From a bacterium (GTDB lineage: Bacteria; 4484-113; JAFGCY01), in NCBI GenBank assembly GCA_020849855.1, contig JADZFO010000038.1, positions 108,010 through 172,009 of the forward strand: a stretch of DNA of 64,000 nucleotides, given 5' to 3'. Numbering within the stretch: position 1 is the stretch's first letter; each line of letters starts with the position of its first letter. The notes below the pieces were generated by a model. That model worked only from the letters and a program-made list of their open reading frames with translations. It ran no database searches and was not told the origin of the DNA. Below, one piece after another: positions 23,770 to 32,805 of this stretch. The position numbers were made by a program, and so were the translations under genes.

Positions 23770-25857
23770 CTAGCGCACCACGACGCCGGGATCCAGCGGC
23801 TGCTCAGGGGAGACCAGCGCCAGCTTGCCGCTGTCGCCGCCCGCCGCCAGCACCATGCCCTCGCTCATAAGTCCGCGCATCTTGCGCGGGGCCAGATTCG
23901 CCACGAACACGATCTGCTTGCCGACCAGGCTTTCCGGCGCGTAATACATGGCGATGCCGGCCAGGATGGTGCGCTCGCGCTCGCCGTCAAAAACGGTCAG
24001 CTTAAGCAGCTTGTCGGCGCCTTCCACCTTATCTGCGGCGCGGATTTCGCCGACCCGCAGCTGGACTTTGGCGAAGTCGTCAATCGTAATGAAGGCGTCG
24101 GGGGTTGCGGTCTCGGTGCGGCTCGGCGTGGCGGCGGGTCCTGACCCGCCTTCTCCCTGCTTGGCTTTGGGCGAGTCAAGACTCGCCCCAGCAGGAGCGG
24201 ACCCAGCCCCCGCGCCTGACTCCGCCAGCTTCTTTTCCCAGTCCACACGCATGAAGACCGGCTCGCTGGAGCCGGCCTTGTGTCCCGCGGGAATGCGCTC
24301 ATTTAGCGCGTCAGCCTGCAGGTCCTCAAGCCGGCCGCTGAGGCCCAGGATGCCCCAGAAGCGGTTGGCCGCGCCGGGGATGACCGGATAGGCCAGCAGC
24401 AGCACGGTGCGCAGCACCTGCATCAGGCGGTTGAATACCGTGCTGACCTCGTCCCGGCGCTCGGGCTTCTTCTTCAGCTCCCAGGGCTTCTTTTCGTCGA
24501 TGTACTTGTTGGCTTCGCCGATCAGCTCCCAGATGGCCTGCAGGGCTTCGCTGTACTGCAGGTTCTCAAAGTGCGCCTGGGCTTCATGGATGCTGCGCTT
24601 GCGGCGCTCTTCCAGGGCGTCGTCAAGGTCGCTGACGGCCAGCTCGTCGGGCACGACGCCCTCGAAGAGCTGGTCCAGCATGCTGACCGTGCGGTGCACC
24701 AGGTTGCCCAGGTCGTTGGCCAGGTCATAGTTGAAGCGCTTGACCAGGCGCTCGTGGCTGAAGTCGCCGTCGAGGCCCAGGGGCACCTCGCGGGCCAGGA
24801 AATAGCGCAGGCCGTCCACGCCGACCAGGGCCATGGCGTCCTGCGGGCTGACCACGTTGCCCAGGGACTTGCTCATCTTCTCGCCTTCGAAGTCCCAGTA
24901 GCCGTGGACCAGGAACTGCTTGGGCAGGGCCAGGCCGTAGCTTTCCAGCACCGCCGGGAAGATGATGCAGTGGAACCAGGGGATGTCCTTGGCCATGATG
25001 TGCAGGTCGCAGGGCCAGCGGTTCTGCGCCGGCTGGCTCTTCAGGTCCGCGCGGGTCACGCTGTAAAGGTCGCCGGGCGCCTCGCTGGAGCGGCTGGCCC
25101 AGTTGCCGGGCTCAAAGGTCTTTTCATAGGTATCTATGTCAAAGCCCGAGCCGGTGACATAAGTCAGCAGGGCGTCCATCCAGACATAGAAGACATGCTG
25201 CTCGTCCCAGGGCAGCTTGACGCCCCAGTCGGTGGAGGTGCGGCTGATGCAGATGTCCTTCAGGCCGCCGCGGATGCGGTTGAGCATCTCGTTGCGGCGC
25301 GAGTCCGGGGTGATCAGGCCGGGGTGGGTCTCATGCAGGGCCAGCAGCCAGTCCTGGTAGCGGCTGAGGCGGAAGTAATAGGCCTCTTCGGTCAGGTGCT
25401 TGAGGCGCGGGTGGCTTTCGGGGTTCTCCGGCACCTCGTCCTCGTCCAGGAAGCGGTTGTCGCTGGTGTGGTACCAGCCGCTGTAGGAGCCCTTATAGAT
25501 ATCGCCCTTCTGGTAGATGCGGTTGAAGAAGGTGCGCACCAGGTGATGGTGCCGGGGGTCGCTGGTGCGGTGGAACTCATAGCTCTGGATGTTCACCGCG
25601 GCCCAGGTGTCCCGGAAGCTCGGGACGATTTCATCGCAGAACTGCTGCGGGCTAAGGCCCCTGGCGGCGGCGAGGTCGGCGATGTTCTGGCTGTGCTCGT
25701 CGGAGCCGGTGACCAGCAGGGCCTCGCGGCCCATGAAGCGCGCATGGCGGCAGGCGATGTCCGCGATGATCGTCGTATAGCTGGTGCCGATGTGCGGCTT
25801 GCTGTTGACGTAATAGATCGGCGTCGTGACGTAAAAGCGCTTGTCGTGCTGACTCAT
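23770..25857 (-). CDS. metG: methionine--tRNA ligase with C-terminal tRNA-binding (EMAP/Trbp111-like) domain; carries an in-frame palindromic insertion
   Basis: Start at MSQHDKRFYVTTPIYYVNSKPHIGTSYTTI (HIGH motif). KMSKS motif present. C-terminal ...ITIDDFAKVQLRVGEIRAADKVEGADKLLKLTVFDG.. Insert AGASLDSPKAKQGEGGSGPAATPS is encoded by GGGCGAGTCAAGACTCGCCC and GGCGGGTCCTGACCCGCC at nt 24120-24200. ORF track extends to 25941 but the region upstream of 25857 lacks aaRS sequence. Confidence 0.9.
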   Translation of the reverse strand: MSQHDKRFYVTTPIYYVNSKPHIGTSYTTIIADIACRHARFMGREALLVTGSDEHSQNIADLAAARGLSPQQFCDEIVPSFRDTWAAVNIQSYEFHRTSDPRHHHLVRTFFNRIYQKGDIYKGSYSGWYHTSDNRFLDEDEVPENPESHPRLKHLTEEAYYFRLSRYQDWLLALHETHPGLITPDSRRNEMLNRIRGGLKDICISRTSTDWGVKLPWDEQHVFYVWMDALLTYVTGSGFDIDTYEKTFEPGNWASRSSEAPGDLYSVTRADLKSQPAQNRWPCDLHIMAKDIPWFHCIIFPAVLESYGLALPKQFLVHGYWDFEGEKMSKSLGNVVSPQDAMALVGVDGLRYFLAREVPLGLDGDFSHERLVKRFNYDLANDLGNLVHRTVSMLDQLFEGVVPDELAVSDLDDALEERRKRSIHEAQAHFENLQYSEALQAIWELIGEANKYIDEKKPWELKKKPERRDEVSTVFNRLMQVLRTVLLLAYPVIPGAANRFWGILGLSGRLEDLQADALNERIPAGHKAGSSEPVFMRVDWEKKLAESGAGAGSAPAGASLDSPKAKQGEGGSGPAATPSRTETATPDAFITIDDFAKVQLRVGEIRAADKVEGADKLLKLTVFDGERERTILAGIAMYYAPESLVGKQIVFVANLAPRKMRGLMSEGMVLAAGGDSGKLALVSPEQPLDPGVVVR

Positions 25858-25993
25858 CGAAATGCCCCTTCGCCCAAGCGCAGCGGCAGATGAGCCGCAG
25901 CCTGTGTTCGGGCGAAGGGGAAGTATAACGCGGGCGGGCATAGGCTGCCTGGATCTTTACGGCGGCCCGCCCCGCTAAGGGAGCTGCCTGGGC

Positions 25994-26350
25994 CTAGAGC
26001 CCCAGGCTCTTTCGAGAAGCCTGCACAAGTCTCTCTATCAGCTCCTCCGGAAGAGGCTTGGCAGGACTGAAGGTGATCCCGGTCTTGGTGGCCTTGAAGC
26101 CGGCGGCGGCGATCTCTTCGCTAAGTGAAGCGATGGCTTCCGGGCTGAGATAGATGCCGCACTGCTTGCTGAAGGCCGCATAGCCAGCAATGGTCTTGCC
26201 GGAGATGGCGAAGCCCGGCATGTTGTAGGCAATGATCTCCTCGGCGTCAGGCAGAAGATGGCGAAGCCGGCCGCGCAGTTCGCTTAGCGCCTGCCGCAGC
26301 GGCTCCGCCGCCTGAGCGATGTAGTCATCATGAGAGTCAACTTTGTTCAT
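25994..26350 (-). CDS. DUF1801 (YdhG-like) domain protein
   Basis: 118 aa; central ...EEIIAYNMPGFAISGKTIAGYAAFSKQCGIYL.. matches the conserved YNMPGF / I.G..A.KxHxxL core of the DUF1801 family. Confidence 0.6.
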   Translation of the reverse strand: MNKVDSHDDYIAQAAEPLRQALSELRGRLRHLLPDAEEIIAYNMPGFAISGKTIAGYAAFSKQCGIYLSPEAIASLSEEIAAAGFKATKTGITFSPAKPLPEELIERLVQASRKSLGL

Positions 26351-26439
26351 GCCGGGGCGATGGTAGCACGCCCGGCCGCATGTCTCTGTCAGGAATCAGC
26401 GGCGCGCTAGGCAGGTTGCCTGTGCCCAGCACGGAGATT

Positions 26440-26560
26440 AAACCGACTGCCTGCCCTGCCAGGCGGCTCCACGAAGGCTGCCCCGCACTGCCATGCGGGG
26501 CCACGAAAGCTGCCCGCACTGCCAGGCGGGGCCACATGCCAGAGGGTTATACTCAGCGGG
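26440..26560. repeat. about 3 imperfect tandem ~31-bp repeats (GCCAkGCGGsbCCACGAArGCTGCCCsGCACT) in the upstream region of the large lipoprotein gene
   Basis: ctgccctgccaggcggctccacgaaggctgccccgcact / gccatgcggggccacgaaagctgcccgcact / gccaggcggggccacatgcc, read directly. Confidence 0.5.
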
Positions 26561-26585
26561 CCGGTGCATCCGGCCGGGGAGAGCC

Positions 26586-29500
26586 ATGCTGCTGCTGTCT
26601 GGAAAGCCTGCCTGCCGGCAGTTGAGGTTTACTGGAGTACTGCTGATCACCCTGCTTTGCGCCGCCTGCGGCGGGCGCGGAAGCATCCAGCCCGAGGCCA
26701 TGCTGACAGAAGGCGAAGTGCTGAATAGCCGCAGCGCCAGTGTGCGGATTCTTCCCGAGACCTATCTGGCCGGCGGCAGTGCACGGGCCATCACGCTGAG
26801 CGAGCGCGAGGAAGGCGATGCGGTGCTGCTGGAACTGCGGGCGCAGGATGCGCAGCAGCTCAAGGCCCTGTACCTGCACCTGGAGTATGACCCCGCGCAG
26901 CTTTCGCCGGCCGGCGTGGAGAGCGCCTGGGCCTTTGCCGCGGAGCAGGACAGCCTGCAGCTGCTGCTTGCCGGCGAGCCCGGCGTGCTGGAGTATGGCG
27001 AGCAGTGCATCCGGCCGCAGGTAGCGGACCAGAGCGCGGCGCGCGGAGGCCTCAGCGGCGATGGCCTGCTGGCGACGATCCGCCTGGCCCGGCGGCCCTT
27101 CAGCCCTCTGCAGCGCGAAGCGGCGGCGCCGACGATCGCTGACCGCAGCCAGTCGATACTAAGCCTTGATGTGGACAGCTTCACCCTGAGCTGGGGTTAT
27201 GCCAGCAACGGCGACTACAACCAGAACGGCACGGTGGCTGTAACCGACCTGACGCCCATCGGCGCGCATTTTGGCGAGGATGTGCCGGATGAGGACCAGA
27301 GCACCATTCAGTCGGTGATTGATGGCAATGGCGACGGCAAGATCGGGGTGGCTGACCTGACCGCGATCGGACTCAACTTCCAGATCAGCGTGAACAGCTA
27401 CAACATCTACGCCGCCAACAACATTGATGCAGTGCCAACCAGCAATGCCGGGCCGAACGGCGCAGGGGCCGAACTGCGCGGAACAGTTCCCTTTGACCAG
27501 GTCCAGGGCGACCAGTTCTCAGCCCGGCGCAGCTTCAGCTTCGCGCTGCCAGTCAGCCAGATTGGCTGGTTCTACTGGGTGCGGCCGAACGACGCGGAGG
27601 ATGGCACAGGCGCGGACGGCACGCCCAGCAGTGTGGCCAGCTTCGGCGGCAAGCCCGAGAACCTCGACCCCCTGGCTGTGTTGAGCGCGGATCCTACAAG
27701 CGGCGACATCCCTCTGGAGGTGAGCTTTGACGCCAGCGGCTCCAGCGACCCGGACGGTCTAGCCGCAGACATCAGCGACATCGTGCAGTTCCAGTGGGAC
27801 TTTGACGGCAACGGTTTGATTGACGACGTGAGCTCTGAGCCGACCATCAGCCATACCTACCGGCGCGGCGGGCTTAAGCAGGCCAGGGTGCGGGTCTTCG
27901 ACAGCGGCGCTGCTTCCTCCGAGGCCGCGGTCAGTATCCTGGCCGGCGCGGCTGGCAACGAAGTCCCGGTTGCGGTTCTCAACGCATCGCTCAGCAGCGG
28001 CCAGGTACCGCTGACTGTGTTGTTCAGCACTGCAGGATCGGGCAGCGGTGATGCGGTTTCGAATGTGATCCAGACCGAGTTTGACTTTGAGGGCGATGGC
28101 ATCTTCGATGTTGCATCCGGCTTCCTCAGAAGCGAAATCTCACATACCTTCACTGAGATTGGCACTTTCAACACGACGGTGAGAATCACGGACAGTTTCC
28201 AGCTGCAGGCCACTGCCAACATTGAGATTACGGTAACACCGAATGTGGGCAACCAGGCACCTTTGATTGTGATCCAGCCGGACCCGCTGGTGTTTGACCT
28301 CGTGGACCAAGACTTCCAGGTGGTCGAGATCGACGTCAGCGGATGCAGCGACCCGGATGGAACAGTGCAGCGCATCGAGCTCGATGTCAGGTCAGATGGC
28401 TTTCCAGAAGCGTTCTACCAGAATGACGGAATCCGTCCGCCGGACCGGCTCTTCGTGCAGGTGGTCCCAATGCTCTCGACTATCACGATTTCAGTGGTTG
28501 ACGAGCTTGGCACCCAGACTCAGGAAGTACGGGACTTCAGGGTGTCGAAGAATGGCAACTTCCCGCCCCAGCTGGCATTAAGCCAGAACATTGTCGCCGG
28601 GGACAAACCCCTGCAGGTTGATTTCGACGCTTCCGCCAGCACAGACATTGACGGCAGCATCGTCAACTTCCGCTTTGAATTCAATGACAGCAGCCCGGCG
28701 TTGGATGACCCCGACGGGGTGCTGAGCCACATCTTTGAGAGCGGTGGCGACTTCTTTGTAAGCATCACGGCTGTGGATGACGATGGCCTGGAGGCCTCGG
28801 TGAACCGAGCTATCGAAGTGAACGCACCGAATAACCAGCCGCCCCAGGCGGCCTTCAGCTTGAGCGTCAGCAGCGGGGATGCCCCCCTGACCGTAACTAT
28901 TGACCCTTCCGCCAGCAGCGACCCTGACGGGAGCATCAGCGAGCTGGCCTGGGATTTCTCGGGGGACGGCTTTTTTGCGCCGCTTGATGATCCCACAACG
29001 CTTGCCCCCTTCGAGCAGACCTTCGTGCAGGATGGCAGTCGGCAGATCAGCCTCAGAGTCACCGACAACGATGGCGGGCAGGACACCTTTTCACTTCCGC
29101 TCACAGTAAGCGGCGGCATCCAGCTGGGAGTTGCTGTAGAGGACTTCTCTCAGCAGCGCTCGGATGACGACACGCTTTCTGCAGCGGTTATCCCTGCCGG
29201 GAACTCCGGGCTGGACAAGGCCGCGATAGCCTTCGTGCCAAACAGGAACGTAAACGTTTTCCCCTTCAGCGCTTTCTACACGGAGTGCCAGCCGGCTGAT
29301 CCCCTGCAGTGGTCAACGCCCGCGCCGGTCTTTGAAATGATTGACGAGAACGGTGACGGCATCGCGCAGCTCGGCTTCGTGGCCCGCAACATCAAGCTGC
29401 TGGAGGTAGGCGGCAACCCCGCGCTGGCCTTCGACGGCAATGGCAAGCGCACAGATGAGCTGACCGCCCCCAGTGAAGACGGCGTGTTCTTTGTGCGGGC

Positions 29501-30386
29501 AGAAGACAACAGCGGCTCCCTGTGGGGTGACCCGGTCAAGATCCCGCTGCTGGACGGCGACCTGGAAGGTGAGTTCAACAACACCTTTGTCTTTGAGGAC
29601 ATTGCCGCGGCAAAGATCATCAGCGGCCGGCCGGCAATGGCTTACGCCTTTACGAGGGGCGACTTCCAGAGGCGAGCCGTGCGCTATGTGCGGGCGCTGG
29701 ACAGCCTTGGCAGCCAGTGGCCACCGCCAGTGGAAGTGGATTCAGTACCGGATAACTCGATATTCTTCACTGACCTGAACTTGGAGGTTTTTGACGGGGT
29801 ACCAAGCCTGCTTTTCGCCAGGAACACGAACTCAGGCAGCCCGGCAGTCGAGCAGCCCAGCTATTCGCGGGCTGTTGATTCTGAAGGCTCGGCCTGGAGC
29901 CTGCCTGAGTCTGTTGAGGACGGAGACATTAACTCTGTCAGATCGCGCGGTTCACTGCTGCTGCGCAGTTCCGGCGGCCTGCCGGCTGCCTTTTACAACC
30001 GTCCTGACGGCCAGTCGCAGGGCGAACTTGGCAGCAGCGTGAGCGGCGGCTTTAGCGGCCCGCCAACGGTGGTGCCCTTTGATTCCGGAAGCAGGATGCA
30101 GGTAATCGACCTCTTCGAGAGCGGCGGCGACAGCTATGCGCTGCTCTTCGGCTTCCGCAGCTCGGCGCTCAACGATGGCTTTGTGAGCTCGATCTTCCTG
30201 TCCAGGGCGCTGAGCGAAGATCTGAGCAGCTGGGGCAACCCTGTCGTGGTGGCCAATTCCGGCAGCCGGATGTCTGCGCTTTCAGCCGCGGTGCTGAAGC
30301 TTAACGGGGACCTGGTGATCATCTTCGCGGACTCTGACGCCGGTAATGTGAAGGTGGCCGTCCTGCCGGACTTTGTGGGTTTCTAA
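26586..30386 (+). CDS. large surface lipoprotein: cohesin-like N-terminal domain, dockerin-type double Ca-binding repeat, four PKD-like domains, C-terminal beta-propeller-like repeats
   Basis: Start at MLLLSGKPACRQLRFTGVLLITLLCAACGG (lipobox). LKALYLHLEYDPAQL resembles the cohesin FxxxYDPxxL strand. DYNQNGTVAVTDLTPIGAHFGE...DGNGDGKIGVADLTAIGLNF is a dockerin-like tandem of 12-residue EF-hand loops. PKD-like PLEVSFDASGSSDPDG, PLTVLFSTAGSGSGD, PLQVDFDASASTDIDGSI, PLTVTIDPSASSDPDGSI. ORF track 26493..30386. Confidence 0.65.
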   Translation: MLLLSGKPACRQLRFTGVLLITLLCAACGGRGSIQPEAMLTEGEVLNSRSASVRILPETYLAGGSARAITLSEREEGDAVLLELRAQDAQQLKALYLHLEYDPAQLSPAGVESAWAFAAEQDSLQLLLAGEPGVLEYGEQCIRPQVADQSAARGGLSGDGLLATIRLARRPFSPLQREAAAPTIADRSQSILSLDVDSFTLSWGYASNGDYNQNGTVAVTDLTPIGAHFGEDVPDEDQSTIQSVIDGNGDGKIGVADLTAIGLNFQISVNSYNIYAANNIDAVPTSNAGPNGAGAELRGTVPFDQVQGDQFSARRSFSFALPVSQIGWFYWVRPNDAEDGTGADGTPSSVASFGGKPENLDPLAVLSADPTSGDIPLEVSFDASGSSDPDGLAADISDIVQFQWDFDGNGLIDDVSSEPTISHTYRRGGLKQARVRVFDSGAASSEAAVSILAGAAGNEVPVAVLNASLSSGQVPLTVLFSTAGSGSGDAVSNVIQTEFDFEGDGIFDVASGFLRSEISHTFTEIGTFNTTVRITDSFQLQATANIEITVTPNVGNQAPLIVIQPDPLVFDLVDQDFQVVEIDVSGCSDPDGTVQRIELDVRSDGFPEAFYQNDGIRPPDRLFVQVVPMLSTITISVVDELGTQTQEVRDFRVSKNGNFPPQLALSQNIVAGDKPLQVDFDASASTDIDGSIVNFRFEFNDSSPALDDPDGVLSHIFESGGDFFVSITAVDDDGLEASVNRAIEVNAPNNQPPQAAFSLSVSSGDAPLTVTIDPSASSDPDGSISELAWDFSGDGFFAPLDDPTTLAPFEQTFVQDGSRQISLRVTDNDGGQDTFSLPLTVSGGIQLGVAVEDFSQQRSDDDTLSAAVIPAGNSGLDKAAIAFVPNRNVNVFPFSAFYTECQPADPLQWSTPAPVFEMIDENGDGIAQLGFVARNIKLLEVGGNPALAFDGNGKRTDELTAPSEDGVFFVRAEDNSGSLWGDPVKIPLLDGDLEGEFNNTFVFEDIAAAKIISGRPAMAYAFTRGDFQRRAVRYVRALDSLGSQWPPPVEVDSVPDNSIFFTDLNLEVFDGVPSLLFARNTNSGSPAVEQPSYSRAVDSEGSAWSLPESVEDGDINSVRSRGSLLLRSSGGLPAAFYNRPDGQSQGELGSSVSGGFSGPPTVVPFDSGSRMQVIDLFESGGDSYALLFGFRSSALNDGFVSSIFLSRALSEDLSSWGNPVVVANSGSRMSALSAAVLKLNGDLVIIFADSDAGNVKVAVLPDFVGF

Positions 30387-30435
30387 GGCCGGGCCCAGCC
30401 ACAGCGCCTGCTGCGACGGCCTGCCTTTACTTCGC

Positions 30436-30441
30436 TATAAT
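30436..30441 (+). promoter_or_regulatory. -10 TATAAT upstream of frr (28-nt leader with AAGGATAAG Shine-Dalgarno)
   Basis: CTTCGCTATAATTTCCCTTCGAGCTTTACGAAGGATAAGTATG. Confidence 0.4.
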
Positions 30442-30469
30442 TTCCCTTCGAGCTTTACGAAGGATAAGT

Positions 30470-31033
30470 ATGAGCACGCTGAAGGATTACATCGAAAAAG
30501 CGCAGTCGCACATGGAGAGCAGCATCCACGCCTTTGAGCGTGAGATCAGCCATCTGCGGGCCGGCCGCGCCTCGACCGCGCTGGTTGAGCACATCAAGGC
30601 CGCCGTTTATGGCGCAGAGATGCCGCTGAACCAGATCTCGACGATCACCACCCCGGACGCCACCACCATTGCCATCGTGCCTTATGACAAGGCCAACCTG
30701 GGGGCGATCGACAAGGCCCTGCGCCTTTCCGAGCTGAACCTGACCCCGATGAACGACGGCACAACGGTGCGCCTGACCCTGCCGCCCCTGACCGAGGAGC
30801 GCCGCAAGGAGCTGATCAAGCTGGTGCACAAGCACGCCGAGGAGGGCCGCGTGGCCCTGCGCAACGTGCGCCGCGACGCCAACGACCACATCAAGAAGCT
30901 GCAGAAGAACAAGGAATGCAGCGAGGACGAGATGCACGACGCGCTGGCCCGCATCGATAAGTTGCTGGAAAAGGAGCTAGCCAGCCTGGAAGCGCTGCTC
31001 AAGGCGAAAGACAAGGAGATCACCGAGTTCTAG
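30470..31033 (+). CDS. frr: ribosome-recycling factor
   Basis: 187 aa, full-length RRF (…LRAGRASTALVEHIKAAVYG...NDGTTVRLTLPPLTEERRKELIKLVHKHAEEGRVALRNVRRDAN...). Confidence 0.9.
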   Translation: MSTLKDYIEKAQSHMESSIHAFEREISHLRAGRASTALVEHIKAAVYGAEMPLNQISTITTPDATTIAIVPYDKANLGAIDKALRLSELNLTPMNDGTTVRLTLPPLTEERRKELIKLVHKHAEEGRVALRNVRRDANDHIKKLQKNKECSEDEMHDALARIDKLLEKELASLEALLKAKDKEITEF

Positions 31034-31798
31034 ATGGCCACGGTGCTGCAAGCCTGCGCCCCCGAGAAGGCCGAGGAGATCCTCGCCTCGCTTGACCTGC
31101 AGGCGCTGCCCCGGCATGTGGCGATCATCATGGACGGCAACGGCCGCTGGGCCGAGGGCCGCGGGCTGTCGCGCTGCGAGGGCCACAGCGCCGGGGTGGA
31201 GGCGATCCGCCGCGCGGTGAACTCGGCCGACGACCTGGGTATCCGCTATCTGTCCATCTACAGCTTCAGCACCGAGAACTCCGAGCGGCCGGTGGAAGAG
31301 GTGGCTTACCTGTATGACCTCTTCACCCGCGTGCCGATGGCCGAGGCGCCCGAGCTGAACGCCAAGAACGTGCGCATGGTGGTCACGGGCCTGCTGGACT
31401 GGCTGCCCGAGGCGCCGGCGGCTAAGTTCCGCGAGGCGATTGAGCTGACTGCCGGCAACACCGGCCTGACCCTGAACATCTGCGTCATGTACGGCGGCCG
31501 CACGGAGATCCTTGACGCCGCGCGCTCGATGGCCGACGCAGCCATGCGCGGCGACTTCGACCTGACGCGCCTGACGGAGAACTCCTTCCGGCGCTTCCTG
31601 TACCACCCGGATATCCCCGACCCCGACATGGTGATCCGCACCTCCGGCGAGCAGCGTATCTCTAACTTCCTGCTCTGGCAGATCGCCTACAGCGAGCTGA
31701 TCTTCACCGAGGTGCTGTGGCCTGACTTCAGCAACGCTGACTTCCTGGCTGCGGTGCAGGAATATCAGGTGCGGCACCGCCGCTTTGGCAGGCTCTGA
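31034..31798 (+). CDS. uppS: ditrans,polycis-undecaprenyl-diphosphate synthase
   Basis: [13 protein letters not shown] catalytic motif; [11 protein letters not shown]; C-terminal RFGRL. Conserved frr-uppS-cdsA order. Confidence 0.9.
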   Translation: MATVLQACAPEKAEEILASLDLQALPRHVAIIMDGNGRWAEGRGLSRCEGHSAGVEAIRRAVNSADDLGIRYLSIYSFSTENSERPVEEVAYLYDLFTRVPMAEAPELNAKNVRMVVTGLLDWLPEAPAAKFREAIELTAGNTGLTLNICVMYGGRTEILDAARSMADAAMRGDFDLTRLTENSFRRFLYHPDIPDPDMVIRTSGEQRISNFLLWQIAYSELIFTEVLWPDFSNADFLAAVQEYQVRHRRFGRL

Positions 31799-32667
31799 TG
31801 CTGCAGCGCACCCTGACGGCGCTGCTGGGCGGGGCGCTATTCCTGTTTCTGTGCCTGCAGGGTTTCTGGTGGGCCCTGGGCGCGATGCTGCTGGCCAACC
31901 TGCTGGCGCAGATTGAGTACTTCCGCCTGATCCCCGGCCTCAGCCTGGCCCTGCGCCTGAGCTTCATCGGCCTGGGCGGCCTGCTGACGACGGCTACCGC
32001 GCTGGCCCTGATCAAGTGGACTTCCCTGCCGCTGCTGCCGGTGCTGCTCTTCATCATCTTTGGCGTCTGCTGCGCTGTGGCCCTGGCCGACTATGAGAAG
32101 GGCGGCGGGGGCGAGCGCGCCTGGCAGCTCTTGCGCGGCGCGCTGCTGATCAGCCTGCCGCTGGGCATCGCGGCGGCCATCGCCAGCTGGCCCGGGGACT
32201 ACCCCTATCTGCTGCTGCTGATCGGCGCTTCCTGGGGCGCGGACACGGGCAGCATCTGGGCCGGCAAGCTGGCGGGCAAAACACAGCTTTGCCGCGTCAG
32301 CCCCAAGAAGACTGTCGAGGGCCTGCTGGGCGGCGCGCTGGCCGCCGGGATGTGCTGGCTGGCCACGGCCGCCTTCTTCGGCCGCGAGCTGCAGTTCCTG
32401 GGCCACCGTCTGGACAGCCTGCGCATCGCCGCTGCGCCGGCGGATGGGCCCCTGGCGCTGCTCGGCCCGCTGGGCCTGATGTTCGTCTGCGGCGGCGTGG
32501 TCTCGCTGGCCGGGGTGCTGGGTGACCTGAGCTTCAGCCTGCTCAAGCGCCAGGCTGGGGTGAAGGACTATGGCGGCCTGCTGCCGGGACACGGCGGCAT
32601 CCTGGACCGCTTCGACAGCCTGATCTTCGTCGCCCCGCTGCTGTACCTTCTGCTGCTGGCGGTGTAA
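31798..32667 (+). CDS. cdsA: phosphatidate cytidylyltransferase
   Basis: 289 aa polytopic; [14 protein letters not shown] (SPxKTxEG CdsA signature) and C-terminal [10 protein letters not shown]. Confidence 0.85.
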   Translation: MLQRTLTALLGGALFLFLCLQGFWWALGAMLLANLLAQIEYFRLIPGLSLALRLSFIGLGGLLTTATALALIKWTSLPLLPVLLFIIFGVCCAVALADYEKGGGGERAWQLLRGALLISLPLGIAAAIASWPGDYPYLLLLIGASWGADTGSIWAGKLAGKTQLCRVSPKKTVEGLLGGALAAGMCWLATAAFFGRELQFLGHRLDSLRIAAAPADGPLALLGPLGLMFVCGGVVSLAGVLGDLSFSLLKRQAGVKDYGGLLPGHGGILDRFDSLIFVAPLLYLLLLAV

Positions 32668-32688
32668 AACTGCGCAGCCGGCGCGCCA

Positions 32689-32790
32689 GGGGTCTGAGTT
32701 TCACTTGCACATACAATGAAGCATGGATACAGGCCCGGCGCAGGGGACACATGAACAGGCCGCGCGCCAGCTTGAGCAGCTGCTGCTGGC
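32689..32790. repeat. direct repeat copy A (~100 bp, near-identical to 35569..35668), containing a truncated copy of the TPR-gene promoter and first 21 codons
   Basis: GAGTTTCACTTGCACATACAATGAAGCATGGATACAGGCCCGGCGCAGGGGACACATGAACAGGCCGCGC is identical at both sites. Copy A ORF MDTGPAQGTHEQAARQLEQLLLAV* terminates after 25 codons. Confidence 0.8.
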
Positions 32791-32805
32791 CGTGTGAAGC
32801 GGAGC

